A stretch of 64,000 nucleotides of DNA from Rhynchopus sp. YZ270_cl-10 (taxonomy: Eukaryota). Location: positions 1,054,001 through 1,118,000 of the forward strand of contig OZ037846.1 of the NCBI GenBank assembly GCA_964035575.1, written 5' to 3'. The notes below the pieces were generated by a model, which saw nothing but the letters and a program-made list of their open reading frames with translations, had not been told where the DNA came from and did no database searches. This document shows positions 51,934 through 64,000 of this stretch, in pieces. The position numbers and the translations under genes are program-made. Position 1 is the stretch's first letter; each line of letters starts with the position of its first letter.

Positions 51934-53565
51934 ATGGTATCAGAGCTCTGTTGGGCGTCTTCGGTAACTAAACAGCCGGCGAGCCCACAGGAGGGCGCTG
52001 TCACGGTCATGACTCTGACAAAGACATCTTCCTCACGTCGCATTCAAGACACCGTGCTGTCGCCTCAGGCCCTCAACGATGTGCCACATGGCAGTACCCC
52101 GGCGGCGAAGCTGGCATCACCCAACAATCTTGGGAAAAAACGGCTTTCTGATGGGTTTTCCTCTTTCGAAAAGAATGCACGCCAAGGAAGCTACTGGGAA
52201 GAGGTTGAGGCGAATACTACATTAGAAGGGAGTGTGAAGCAACCTCTTCCGCGATGCGTTGATTTGCTGGCTAGAATTCGGGAGTTGAACCTGGAAATCG
52301 CTTCATTACAACATTTGAAGCATGTGGCCGCACAGAAGGAGGACATAGCCATACAAGCTACGTCCGCAAAGCTAGAGCAGGAACGTCACGCTGTCATAGT
52401 GGAGGAGCATGCGAGAAGGGCAGGGCTGACGCTTGCGTGGCAAGAAGTCTCCGCAGCGTTGTCTCTGTCAATGGTGCTGTCAAGGCCGGATCTCTCAGTG
52501 TGCGCTGCAGGCGGTGGTGGGACAACGTTGCGCACGGTCTCCAACCTATCCCACAGCGTCAACAGAACCCGCAGCGCACCGCTCTCAGAAAACAGTGCAT
52601 TATGCACCACTACCACTTCCCCCTTGACAGCATGCTTCGACGTCTTCAGCACCCTTTCTGCAGAGACGAGCTCCCCGACCGAGGAGACCCCAAGCAAGGA
52701 GACACAACTTGTCAAAAACATTACAGACCTGACCGCGATGCTCTGCGACTCGGAGAGAAGGGTGTCGCAGCTGGAGGTGGATCTCCTCGAGAAGGACGCT
52801 AGGTTGGAGAGGCTGGAGTCGATTGTGACGAAGGATCGGCAGATTTTTACTACAGCAATGGAGAAGAAGCATGTGAGAGTACAGCCGGTGTCGGACCTGG
52901 AGAGGTCTAATACATATGAGTACCCATCATGTCTGTCGCCAACTACCGCACCGATTCCTTCGTATTCTGCAGCCGTAGCGTCGCCTCTAAGCATCACGCA
53001 CAGTTCCCCATCCTCTACCTTCAAACCCGTTAAAGCACCGAAAAAAGTCAAACTCCCCGCCTGCCTCGAACTCTGTACCTCAGAAACAAGCGGTGTCACC
53101 ACCCTTTTCCTTGCACCAAGAGAACGCTGGACCGGTGCAGGCCCCGTTTGGGAGGCCGGCAACAGAAAGCTGAAGATCAACGCCTCTGGGCATTGGGCAT
53201 TGGTGATCGGAGGGGACGAAGTGCTGAGGACGCGGAGGGTGACGAGAGGGACGCTGCCGTTGAGTCTGCCTGCGGTAGGGTGGGTGGGGTACAGCTCGAC
53301 GGGGGGTGAGTTGGTGACCGTGAGTGTCAGCATCACGAAGCGTTCTAGACGGGGCAGTGCGCGTGGGAGAAGTCGCAGCCGTAGCGTGGGAGGCGGCAGT
53401 GCACGCCAGGTCAGTCCGTCATCTGATGCGTTGTCACCACTGGAGGGTGGGGCCATGGCGAGGCGTGGTGCCTCTGTGCGCACGTCAAGTCCCATATCGG
53501 AAGTGCTCTCTGCAGCCGATATGCCCGTGCCATCGCCGTCGCCAGCGCTTGCAAGGGTATGGTAA
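51934..53565 (+). CDS. Hypothetical protein with coiled-coil segments and Ser/Arg-rich tail; start uncertain (ATG 51934 or 52009)
   Basis: 1.6-kb open frame; heptad-like LLARIRELNLEIASLQ and VSQLEVDLLEKDARLERLE. Confidence 0.7.
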   Translation: MVSELCWASSVTKQPASPQEGAVTVMTLTKTSSSRRIQDTVLSPQALNDVPHGSTPAAKLASPNNLGKKRLSDGFSSFEKNARQGSYWEEVEANTTLEGSVKQPLPRCVDLLARIRELNLEIASLQHLKHVAAQKEDIAIQATSAKLEQERHAVIVEEHARRAGLTLAWQEVSAALSLSMVLSRPDLSVCAAGGGGTTLRTVSNLSHSVNRTRSAPLSENSALCTTTTSPLTACFDVFSTLSAETSSPTEETPSKETQLVKNITDLTAMLCDSERRVSQLEVDLLEKDARLERLESIVTKDRQIFTTAMEKKHVRVQPVSDLERSNTYEYPSCLSPTTAPIPSYSAAVASPLSITHSSPSSTFKPVKAPKKVKLPACLELCTSETSGVTTLFLAPRERWTGAGPVWEAGNRKLKINASGHWALVIGGDEVLRTRRVTRGTLPLSLPAVGWVGYSSTGGELVTVSVSITKRSRRGSARGRSRSRSVGGGSARQVSPSSDALSPLEGGAMARRGASVRTSSPISEVLSAADMPVPSPSPALARVW

Positions 53566-54649
53566 ATAGAAATAGTGCCGGCGTTTCACTGTAAATAACA
53601 AAAATTTACTTTTTGACGTTATTTTCTCGGTTTTTCCGCCCCACCCGACCCATTCATGACAAAGTTTGTTCGGTCATCTTGTGAAGCTGCAACGGCACCT
53701 TGTGACATACGAGCAAACGCACTCACCGCCACGGTAAAATTTCAATTTCTGCTTTTCGAAACGTTCTTTGCTAGATACGTTTTTAGCCTTTTTACCTGCT
53801 GTACACTATTGGGAAAAAGGGATTAAAAAAAAAAAAAAATACCAACAACAGGCAATCCGGCACTCCCAGACGTCGTAGAGAGTTCGCCACCCCGTCACCC
53901 CGTCAGTTGTGTGCGAGCATCCGTGAACCACCCCTCCCTCCCTTCTATTTCCCTCTTTTCCCAGTGCCCCTGCGTTCAGCCGATGGAACGACGTTTGTGG
54001 TGCTCCAGAAATCCAAAATACCAAGTACGCAACAACTACGCACTAAGTACGCAACAAGTACGCAAAATGGGGTCGTCAGGAGCACCAGTTTGTACTTTCA
54101 ACTGTTCCCCCCTCCTCCCCTTCCTCCCCCCTTTTTCTCTTCTTCTTCCTCCCCCTTTTTTTGCGATAACGACAGTGGTAAAGACATGTGTGCACGAGAG
54201 GCACACTCAAGTTGAGAGTTCTTCTCTCAAAAGTGACTAAGCACGACCGGCTTAGATCCATCTAATTAACTTTTTTTTTTCTTGTTTTCAAAGATGGGAA
54301 CATTGTTATTGATCCCTCCTGTGCTATCAATTTATTGATTGCATAATGTTGAAATACTTGTTTTATTTTTTTTTTTTTTGCTGTGATATGATATGGGGGG
54401 CGCGCTTGCCAGTACGCGTAGTTAGTATTCTTCGATTTATTGGGGGTTAACTTCTCTGACACCCAAATTCCCTAATACACCTTTGCTCGTTTGTACCCAT
54501 TTTTTTCCTTTCCGGTCTTAACGAAACATAGGTATTGGGGGGAGAGAAAACCCCCTTTTTTTATTTGCGTGACCGTTTTTCTTTGTTTCAAGTCAACTTT
54601 ATTTTAGGGTAGTGACTAAGTGCAACTTTTTCAGCCGGAAAATAAAATA

Positions 54650-55043
54650 CCGTAATCGTAAGAATGCTGGGGCGTAAAATTTTTGGGACGTAAATATTCT
54701 GGGGCGTAACAAAACTGGGACATTTTGGGCTTTTTTAAACTTGGGACATTTTTACGTCCCAGAATATTTACGCCCCAGAATTGTCTGTGTGACCTTCCCC
54801 CCTCCCTCACCCATGCACTTAGGTGCAAACCCAAACATGTCCAACAAACAAAAAAAATATACATACTTGGGCCGGTTATTATCCCTCCGCCAACCAGCCG
54901 CACCCCACCACCCACACCCCCAAAAAATTGACAAGTACCCGGAAAGCCGCCCGAACAATTCTGGGACGTAACAAAACTGGGACAATTGGGGGAAAATCTG
55001 AAACTTGGGACATTTTTACGTCCCAGAATTCTTACGATTACGG
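54650..55043. mobile_element. Tc1/mariner-type non-autonomous element
   Basis: TA|CCGTAATCGTAAGAAT..ATTCTTACGATTACGG|TA; internal GGGACGTAA repeats. Confidence 0.8.
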
Positions 55044-55046
55044 TAT

Positions 55047-55194
55047 AGGGAATAGTCAGATTTATCCTATTTTGAATAGTTCAGACCTGCTCTAGAAACC
55101 TTTTTAAGGGAAGTCTGAACTTATTCTTTGGGGCAACTCAACTCCGAACTATTTTTTTTTTCCCCCCAAAAATAGGGTACATCTGACTATCCCC
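55047..55194. mobile_element. Short MITE related to the ends of the 16599..18910 element
   Basis: GGGAATAGTCAGAT..ATCTGACTATCCCC. Confidence 0.6.
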
Positions 55195-55462
55195 CCAAAA
55201 AAAAATATTTTTGTTCTACCAAACAAAACTCCCCTCCCCTCCACGCCCACACGGTGGTCTTGTCGGGGAACGCAGCACAGATGAAGCGCATGCGAGAGAC
55301 AGAGTTATTCTATAAGGTGACTAAGCCTCGAGTGGCTTAAGCCCCCATCTTAACAACCTGTCCCCTTCTCCTCCTCCTTCTCCTCCTCCTCCTCCTCTTG
55401 TCTTTTCCGCGTGCTTTTCCTGAAGAGTGCTCTATAGATTATTGCGAGCGTATTTATTAAAT

Positions 55463-55583
55463 GGGCAAATTGCGACAACACGTATACTTTTTTTTTTCCA
55501 TTTGCGATAACACGTACACAAAAAGTATAGGTGTTATCGCGAAAAGTGGTCAAAAAAAGGGTACCTGTTATCGCAATTTACCC
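55463..55583. mobile_element. 121-bp Mutator-type MITE
   Basis: GGGCAAATTGCGACAAC..GTTATCGCAATTTACCC with 9-bp TSD TTATTAAAT (55454-55462, 55584-55592). Confidence 0.85.
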
Positions 55584-57196
55584 TTATTAAATTGAAGTGG
55601 CTGAAAAAGGGGTGTTGTAGTGCGGAAATAAATAAGGTTATAATATGTGGTGTCCCGCGACCAGCCCACAATAGCCCCCCCAGAGCCCACCTGTGCCCAC
55701 CTGAGCCCAATTTCACCCAATTTCGCCCGATTTCACCGGGGCTGGGGACACCCTTTATATAATATAGCTCATCCTGTGTACACTAATGTAATATTTTCAA
55801 AAAAAAAGGGGGGTGAGGAAATGCATCGTTGTGCACACCATCAGAGGAAGGAGCTGTTGTGTTGAAGATTTCCTCTTTTTTTTCTGTTGGAGACCGTGCT
55901 CTTACAAATTATCGACCGGTAATAATTTTCGACTACAGGATTTTTCTGTTCGATTTTACGGTCGAAAATTTTTACGATTACGGTAATTTGGAATAATGGG
56001 CCTTCCCAAACGAATTTTTTTTTCTCGTAAGGTAACTGAGGGAGGCTTTGTTTTTAATACCCACACCCCTCTTCGCCCCTCCCTCCTCCTCTTCCCCTCT
56101 TTTCCTCTCGTTCCCCGCACGTTTACACTATTCACATGGGTTATTTTGTTCGTAAAGGTTGTCTATGTTGTGAGACTGAAGGCACCTTACAAACCTTTCC
56201 TTCCTTTTAAGTTTGGGTGTGGGGTGGGGAGGGAGTGCGAGCACATCGCAAGGTGCCGGCTTCTCGTCAAAAAAAAAAAAATTTTTTTTTTTTTTGTGTG
56301 GAAAAAAGTATCCGTAGTCTCGAATGTAACAATACCTATGTAAAAAAAAAAAAATAACAAAAACAAAAACAAAAATTACTCCCTTGCTTCTGATATGAGT
56401 GTGTAGGGACACATTCATTACAAGGTGACGAAGCAACGAGAGGCTTAGGATCATCTTGTAAACTTTTTTTTTTTTTTCTCATTCATTCGTTTCACATTTC
56501 CCCTCCCTCTTCCCCTCCCTCTTCCCCTCCCCCTTTTTTTCTGCGCAAAGATGGCAAATGGAGGACCCCGTCTTTGCTTTTCTTGTTAGCCTCCTTGCAC
56601 GTTCTCGTGAAGTGGCAGCAGACCATTTTTTCCCCCCTCATTCAGGGTTTTTCTAGCGTTTGGAGGGGACGAAAAGATTCATTTCTGCATTTTTTTTATT
56701 TCTTCTCTCCTTCTGTACACACAAATAAACAACTATGAGGGGGTTCGATAACCTTCATCGTGTTTTTCATTTTTTTTTCCCCCCCTGCCTTCCTGAGGCT
56801 TTTTTACCAACTTCACTTCATTTTCATTTTTCATTTTCCTGGGAAACATTTTTGATCCCTATACCTATGCTATCAATTCATTGAATGCATACGTTGGAAT
56901 ATTTCCCTTTTTTCATTTTTTTCATTTTGTAGTTCAGAGGGAGCACCAGTAGTGCCTGCTCCACACAAAAAAAAAAAAAAAAATGCGAAGCTTCCATATT
57001 TACCCCCCTCCCTTGAAAGCTTGAGAGAGGTGTAAAACGAGAGGCACATCCCATCTTTCACGTTACTTCCTTCAAAACACCTTTGAAAGCCCTTTTGTCC
57101 TTTAATTCATTTTCCTTTTTCAGAAAGGTGGGCGTTCTAAACACCCAAGACTAACAAAAAAAAAGGCCGTTTTTTTTTTTTTTTTTTTTTTTTTTT

Positions 57197-58354
57197 GGGT
57201 AAATTGCGATAACACGTATACTTTTTTTTTCGATTTGCGATTAACACGTACACAAAAAGTATACGTGTTATCGCGAAAAAGTGTACGTGTTTTCGCGAAC
57301 AAAAACGTACGTGTTTTCCCAGGTACCCAGGTACCCAGGTACCTGGGTACCTGGTTTGTCAAGGAAACCAAACTTTTTGTCACGGAAAAAGTCGTGACAG
57401 GGCACTGGGTACTGGGTACACTGTGTACAAGGAAAAAAGTCGTGAAAGAGCAACCACAGCTCCACATGACAAACACAAAAGTGTCCAGTCACGTGGGGCA
57501 TTCATGCACTGAGGAGATAATGATCCAACAATTTACAAGAAAGATTACTTAACCTACTGCTGGAAGTTGCCAGGTCGTAGTAACACACAAAGTGTGCCTC
57601 CGTTCGGGAATACCGGATATTCTAGAGACCAAAAAGGCCTCTTCCGCTAGTCAAGGTATAACCGAATGAACGGCCCAAGACCCCCGTGGAGAAGTTAAAT
57701 GTTGTAATGCTATCAAGTACAAACTGCGACCACTGTCTTACCCTCCTCAATGCATGGTGGAAGATGTCTTTGACAACAAATATCCTGTACCCAGGTACCC
57801 ATATTCCCAGACCCACGCAGTACCACGTCGCAGTACTACGCAAAATTTACCACCAGACCCTGTGTTCGTGCACCTTAAGTACGTAAGTCTGGTTCCCAGA
57901 CCCACGCAGTGGCACATGACCGCAAGTGTGAGTGCCCACACAGAGGGATACGCAAAATTTACCACCAGACCCTGTCTTCTGAATGTCACACGTACATTTT
58001 TTTTTTTGAACACTTTTCGCGATAACACGTACATATTTCGCTAAAAAACTGGGTGCTCGCAACCGCGTTCTAGACCCCCACAGATGCTCAAAAGTGCCAA
58101 ATTTTGCTTTGAATGGCCTCAAATCGTCGAAATTAGCCATTTTTGGGGCTAAAAAAAAAAATCGAGGGTCTAGGTATGGAGAGCGAGCACCTTAGAAGAA
58201 GGAAACACGTACATTTTTGTTCGCGATAACACGTATACTTTTTTGACCACTTTTCGCGATAACACGTACACTTTTTCGCGATAACACGTATACTTTTTGT
58301 GTACGTGTTATCGCAAATGGAAACAAAAAGTATACGTGTTATCGCAATTTGCCC
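57197..58354. mobile_element. Longer member of the same Mutator-type family, carrying the shared core sequence
   Basis: TIR GGG(T/C)AAATTGCGATAACACGTATACTTTT; subterminal GCGATAACACGTA repeats; T-run flanks. Confidence 0.85.
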
Positions 58355-58614
58355 CCTTTTTTTTTTTTTGTTTTGTTTTGCACCGCAACTCGCCCCCCTG
58401 CAATAATAGCAACTTTCATTAAAAACTGGCGACTACATGTTGTCTATAACCAAACATGGTGTGGCTGAAGGGGAGGGTGCTATTTTCTGCTATTTTCTGC
58501 TATTTTGGGGTCGTCAGCCACACCACCTTTAACAATTTTTTGTTTTTGTTTTTGCACCGTTGCAATTAGCTATAATTAACACCACCCTACCCCCATTTTC
58601 CACAGTATCTTACA

Positions 58615-60711
58615 ATGCACATCCTGCGCTGTCTAGAGGGTGTGCTGTCGTTGGACGGGACACTGGATGCTAGCACGTCAGAAGCGGACGTTGTTTTTTG
58701 TAATAAATGTTGTGGGTCTGGTGTCCCAGATAGTAGGTCTTTCGACGTGGGCGGATCCTCAAGGCCGGTATATTCAGTGCGCCTCTAACGCTGTGACAGT
58801 TGCCACAATGCTTGCCGCTGTTGTACTGATCCTGTGCAGATGCAAGCTGACCACACACAACATCGTGTTTCTTGCCTACCTGTTGGTACTCTCAATACTC
58901 GGCATAGACATGACCTCACGTGCCAACGGGAATACCATGTGGCCGCTGCTCGTGCTCATCGTTGACATCCTCCTTGTGATGGAGGTGCCCGCACGCTACA
59001 GCATGGGTGTCGTCTGCTTTGCGCTGGTGTACTTCTTTGTGATGTCGCTAGAGGAAGCCTTCAGGTTTGGCATCCTCGACATACCTGGTATCATGCCGCA
59101 GGAGGAGAGGCACGATCACATGGCAGAGAGGATCAACTGCACAAACCTTCCCTGTCCTGATAAAGAGGCATTTATCTACCAGATTTATGCTGGCTTGGTG
59201 TTCGTAACAGACTTTGTCGCAACGCGAGGCTTTGCGCGTGGTCTCCTGAAGGAGAAGGCATCAATGGAACGGACGATCAACACCGTGCAGGAGATTGCGT
59301 CGTTGCTGGCTGGCTACGACGTGGAGCAGGTGGCGGAGCTGTTGAAGGTGCATGAGGGTGACCTACCTGAGGGGATGACAGAGGCACTGCGTGCATTGGA
59401 GGAGAACCTGCGTGTGTACAAGGCGTACCTCCCTGCTGCGCTGTTTGAGGCTGAGGTGGATGAGGACGGTGTGCAGCAGCCGACTGTGGCACCGCCTGGG
59501 CTTGTCAGCGAGACAGCAACAATTGTGTTCACAGACATCCGTGCTTCAACACAGATCTGGGAGATTGCACCTGAGGGGATGCGTGCTGGACTGCAGATCC
59601 ACAACGCTGTGATGCGTGAGGTGATGCGGATGTGTGGTGGGTACGAGGTGAAGACCATTGGCGACGCATTCATGATTGCCTTTGCATCCACTTGCGACGG
59701 TGTGGCGTTTGGGTTGCGTGTGCAGGAGCGTCTGTTTGAAGCAGACTGGCCTGCGTCTCTGCTTGAGGATGCACCAATCTGCTCTCGGCAGGGGTCGCTG
59801 TGGGGTGGTCTGACTGTGCGCATTGGTGTGAACACTGGCCCTGTGACTGTGGAGTTGAACACACTGACGGGACGGACAGACTATCTTGGACACACAGTGA
59901 ACGTTGCTGCACGCCTTGAGAGCACATGCCCACCTGGTGCTGTGGCTGTGCCCTCTGACCTGTGGACGTCTGTCTCTGGGTCGTGCAGTGCTGTTGCTGG
60001 TGTGCCAGAGGCAGTTCACTTGAAGGGTGTGGCAGACAGCACGTTGGTGTGCTGTGTGTGGCCTGTCTCACTTGGGGGACGAATGGAGTCACTACTTGGT
60101 GAGTCCTTTTCACATGAGAAGCGGAAAATGACTGCTTCCACATGTCATTCGTATGCTTCATCCGTGGACATGCTCTCTACGTCGCTGTTGGCACACTCGC
60201 ACCGTCAGGTCTCCGGCACTGTGGGAGTTGCACAGCTTGCAGTGAGCGACGTGGAACACTACACAGCTTTTGACGACATGAGTTCAAGACTGACGACACT
60301 GACGATCACACTGGAGCAGAGTGGAGGGAGTCTGGTGACGCTGCTTGGGAACTGTGTGTGTGTTGGGTGGAACGTGTCGCGTTCTGCACCTGCACACATG
60401 GAGAACGCGATACGGTTTGTGCAGCGCATGTCCGCGAAGTCTGCACTGAACGGGGCTGGTCTTGCAAGCGCCCTGTGCAGCACGGGGATGTTGGTGCACG
60501 GAGCCGTCGCTTTGTGACTGTGATGGGGGAAGGCGTGCGTCGGAGTTGGGCGCTGTGCGAGGAGGCTGTGCGTGACGGGGTTGTGTGTCTGTACGAGCCT
60601 CCTGAAGGTGCACTACTGCCGTCTGTACTTGAAGACGTTCTTGTCCGGCACAAGGGGTCTAACTACAGAGTCGTTGAGTCAGACAACCAAGAACGCGACA
60701 ACGTGTTTTAG
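58615..60711 (+). pseudogene. Type A adenylate cyclase with two frameshifts (~58675 and ~60470)
   Basis: ATG 58615 MHILRCLEGVLSLDGTLD is out of frame with QKRTLFF; GCAAGCGCCCTG vs GCAAGCGGCCCTG in the 43502 paralog; catalytic motifs intact. Confidence 0.75.
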
Positions 60712-61784
60712 CGAGGCTTTACTGATGGAAGGTGCAATGCGACAGGGACATTGCCCCGTGTTCTTGCAGAGCATGTGGCACCAGTAGCAAGGGAAGTCAA
60801 CAACTCATGTACCATAGTTAGGGAGTGTGCATCGCTCGTATGATGCGCAAATTTGTGTTCTGTGCATGGTTTTTTTTGTGTGCTGCATATATTGAATATT
60901 TGTATTTTTTCGGGCATGACACTTGTGACATATCTTGGGAAATCTTTTTGTATACGAGAACGACGATTCTCGTGCTGCGGGTACTTCATTTTTGGATTGT
61001 GCAGATCTGAGTGGGGGTAGTCTTTTACAAGCCTTACTTCTCTCTCGTTGTCTTGTCTCCTCTTGTTTTGTGGCGGGTTTGTGTATCTTGTTGAATATCC
61101 ATCTTTCAAAAAAACAGAAAATTATAGTGGAGCTCATCCTCGGGTGTCTACACTAATACAACCAAGTTTTCAAGAAAAAGAAGAAAAACCCCCTCCCATG
61201 TGTTTTTGAGTGGGGGAAAAACAGGAAATATGTGGTTTGACAAAAACAGGCAGAAATGACCTTAAAAATTTTACAGTAGTGTGGTGCTTTAGGAAATCCG
61301 TCAACGACCTGTCAGCGACCTGTCAGATATCGACTCCCACCATAGTCGTTACATTTTCAGCTCTCAAGGGAATTCAAGGGGATTTCCACTAGGTCTTTTT
61401 TGATCGTCTGGGGGGGGTTTTTTTTCTTCTGTGTGCATGCCAATGAAGTGCTCTCTGGGGTTCGATGACCCGGGGAGAACCAGTGTTTGCGTCTGCCGAT
61501 GAACGGTGAGATGTTTACACTTTCAACTTCTCTTTTTTTTTGCATTGAGATCAGATACTTCACTCTGAATTCATTAAAAAAAAGAATTGAGGAATTGAGG
61601 GGAAAGTCCGAGTGGAAAAAAGCGTTTTCAAAAAAAAAGGTTATGTGTTTACATGCAATGCTAGGAAATTGAACACCGTACCCCAACTCCCTTGCTTTTT
61701 TTCTATTCTGGGACCCCCTCCGTCCTGTTCACATCTCACAACAGACAGTAAAAATAGGAGGGAAAAGGGCAAAACCAAACAACC

Positions 61785-64000
61785 ATGCGTGCCTTCACAC
61801 TGCTGGCTGCTGCCAGCTGTGCCCTGGCTGTGTCCAACCCTGAGGAGTACGTCGACATCGTCGCTGGAGCGAAGGGCATCTTCCAGCTGAGCAGAGGCAA
61901 TCTTCTCCCGCTGGTCAGCACCCCGTGGGGGTTCAACGGATGGAGCGCGTACACGAACGTCGACGACCAGCAGTGGTGGTGGAACAACGACCAGCGCAAC
62001 TTCGTGGGCATTCGGTGCACCCACCGGCCGAGCCCGTGGATCAGCGACTGGGGACACTTCACGTTCCTCCCGATGATGGTTGGGGGCGCTAACACCGGGT
62101 ACTCTGGGAGCAACACTTATTCGATCTACAACCCGAACAGCAAGACCAGTGTGTGGAAGCCGTACCACTTTGCAACAGACCTGCCGTCCTCCGGCAACGA
62201 GAACGGTGTGCTGCGTCTGGAGCTTGCACCAAGCAGCCACGCTGCCGTGACGCGTGTCGTGTACCCGACCGTGAGCAGGGTGCCGGCGGCAAACTACAAC
62301 GAGTCGCGTGTCCTGCGCTGGAAGCTGCCCACGTACGAGGACACACTGAAGTTCGACACTGTAGGTGGCGTGCTGAGGGCGTCCGGCTACACGATGTCCG
62401 AGAAGGACCCCTCCAACCAGCTCAAGACCTTCGTCGTGATTGAGGTGGAGACGGACGCAACGCTGTTCTCGACACACTTCAGCTCCGAGTTGGGTATGTC
62501 TTTGGATGGGGGATCTATGGAGTATATCTTTGGTCTTTGCTGTGCGGATGTGTCTCAGGAGACTGAGGGCACATCGAATGGTGTTCTTGGTTGTGTGGTT
62601 AAGGGTTAGTTTTTGTGCACTAACATACCACAGGTTAACTTCAAGCAATGTTGTCAACACACCCATCACAGGTTACGCGATCTACGACACGGACGGAGAT
62701 GAGTTCATCATCAAGATGGCAACGTCGCTGATCTCTGAGGACCAGGCATGGCACAACCTGAAGTCGCAGGTCGGTTCGCTGACCTTCGACGAGGCACGTG
62801 CCAAGGCAAAGGCAGAGTGGAACACCTTGCTCTCCCGTGTGGCAGTGACGCCGATTGCAGACGACGAGGACAACCTCAAGGTCTTCTACTCGTCGTTCTA
62901 CCGTGCGTCGCAGTTCCCACGCTTCACGTCCGAGTACGACGTGCACGGGAAGGAAGTGCACTTCTCCACGTACGCGCCTGTCTCTGAGCGCAGGGCTGTG
63001 TACCGCAGTGGTGACCACAGCACGCTTGTCAAGGATGGACCGCTTGTCACAGACAGTGGCTTCTGGGATGCGTACCGCACTGTGTACCCGTGGCTGTCGG
63101 TCACACACACTGATGTGCTGGGACGCATGGTGCAGGGATGGGTGAACGCATATCAGGAGGGTGGCTGGCTGCCAAAGTGGGCGTCTCCTGGCTACAGGAA
63201 CAGCATGGTGAGCACGATGGGTGACTGCGTTCTGGCGGACGCGATTGTGAACGACATTGGCGGCTTCAACGTGTCTGGCGCCTACGACGCGATCAAGCAG
63301 GACGCCTTCAAGACCGACGACGGCGGCTCGGGCAGGGGCCGCGAGGCACTGTCTGCATACCTCGAGAAGGGCTACATCCCGCACGGCAACAGGGAGGACG
63401 TGTCTGTGTCGCTCAACTTCTACCTTGCAGACTACTCGATTGCGCAGGCCGCCATCAAGCTTGGCGACACAAAGACTGCCAACGAGCTTCTCGAGCGCTC
63501 TGCACAGTACCCATCACTGCTCCACGACGACGGGTTCATGCGTTCGCGCGACACGACAGGGAACTTCCTGACTGAGTTCGACCAGTACGCATGGGGCGAC
63601 TCGTACACAGAGTCTGGACCGTGGCAGTACCGTTTCTACGTCCCACACGACCCTAAGGGACTTGCTGTGGAGTACATGAAGCGTGGCATTGATATGTGCG
63701 AACGTCTGCAATACGCCATGACTGGGCCCGCCACTGCGCACACCGGAGGCTACAGCCAGATCATCCACGAGATGACTGAGATGACGGACATCTGCTGGGG
63801 CCAGTACGCACACGACAACCAACCCGTGCACCACATGCTGTACATGTTCGGAGGAATGTCCGACAGTCTGAACGACACCTGCGCACTGCGCGGACAGTAC
63901 TGGCTCCGCAAGGCCGTCACCGAGCTTTACCTCCCCTCGGTGGATATGTTCTCTGGTGATGAGGACAACGGTGAGATGGCGGCGTGGTACCTGCTCAGCT
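61785..64000 (+). CDS. Secreted GH92 alpha-mannosidase, join(61785..62493, 62672..>64000), 3' partial
   Basis: Signal peptide; GNLLPLVSTPWG, THRPSPWISDWG; after the GT-AG intron: FYSSFYRASQFPR, GFWDAYRTVYP, GGWLPKWASPG, YTESGPWQY, HDNQPVHH, GDEDNGEMAAWY. Confidence 0.92.

Overview
Eukaryotic genomic DNA, not prokaryotic. Inferred euglenozoan and probably a diplonemid, from GT-AG introns, a trypanosomatid-like adenylate cyclase family and an LSU rRNA fragment; the organism cannot be proven from sequence alone. Every supportable gene is on the + strand. (1) A dispersed tandem family of 10 multi-pass membrane class III nucleotide cyclase genes. Type A (4 copies: one partial, one frameshifted) has a complete adenylate cyclase domain plus a dead second domain. 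Type B (6 copies) has only a pseudo-cyclase domain. All nine full-length copies share a near-invariant linker across which N- and C-terminal modules appear shuffled. (2) A 15-kb nest of TIR transposons (4177-19138). Its largest member (7267-19017, 9-bp TSD, no recognisable transposase) carries a 113-bp tandem array, a ~1300-aa protein with Josephin-like, polyQ/H, 3 UIM-like and Ulp1/C48 protease regions, and a truncated paralog. (3) Other genes: a PAN/Apple surface protein, a spliced RRM/Zn-ribbon/RD-rich protein, a coiled-coil hypothetical protein and a spliced GH92 alpha-mannosidase. (4) Many MITEs, GTAC-related microsatellites, a recent >=3.27-kb duplication and an LSU rRNA fragment. All domain calls are by-eye motif recognition; no searches were run.
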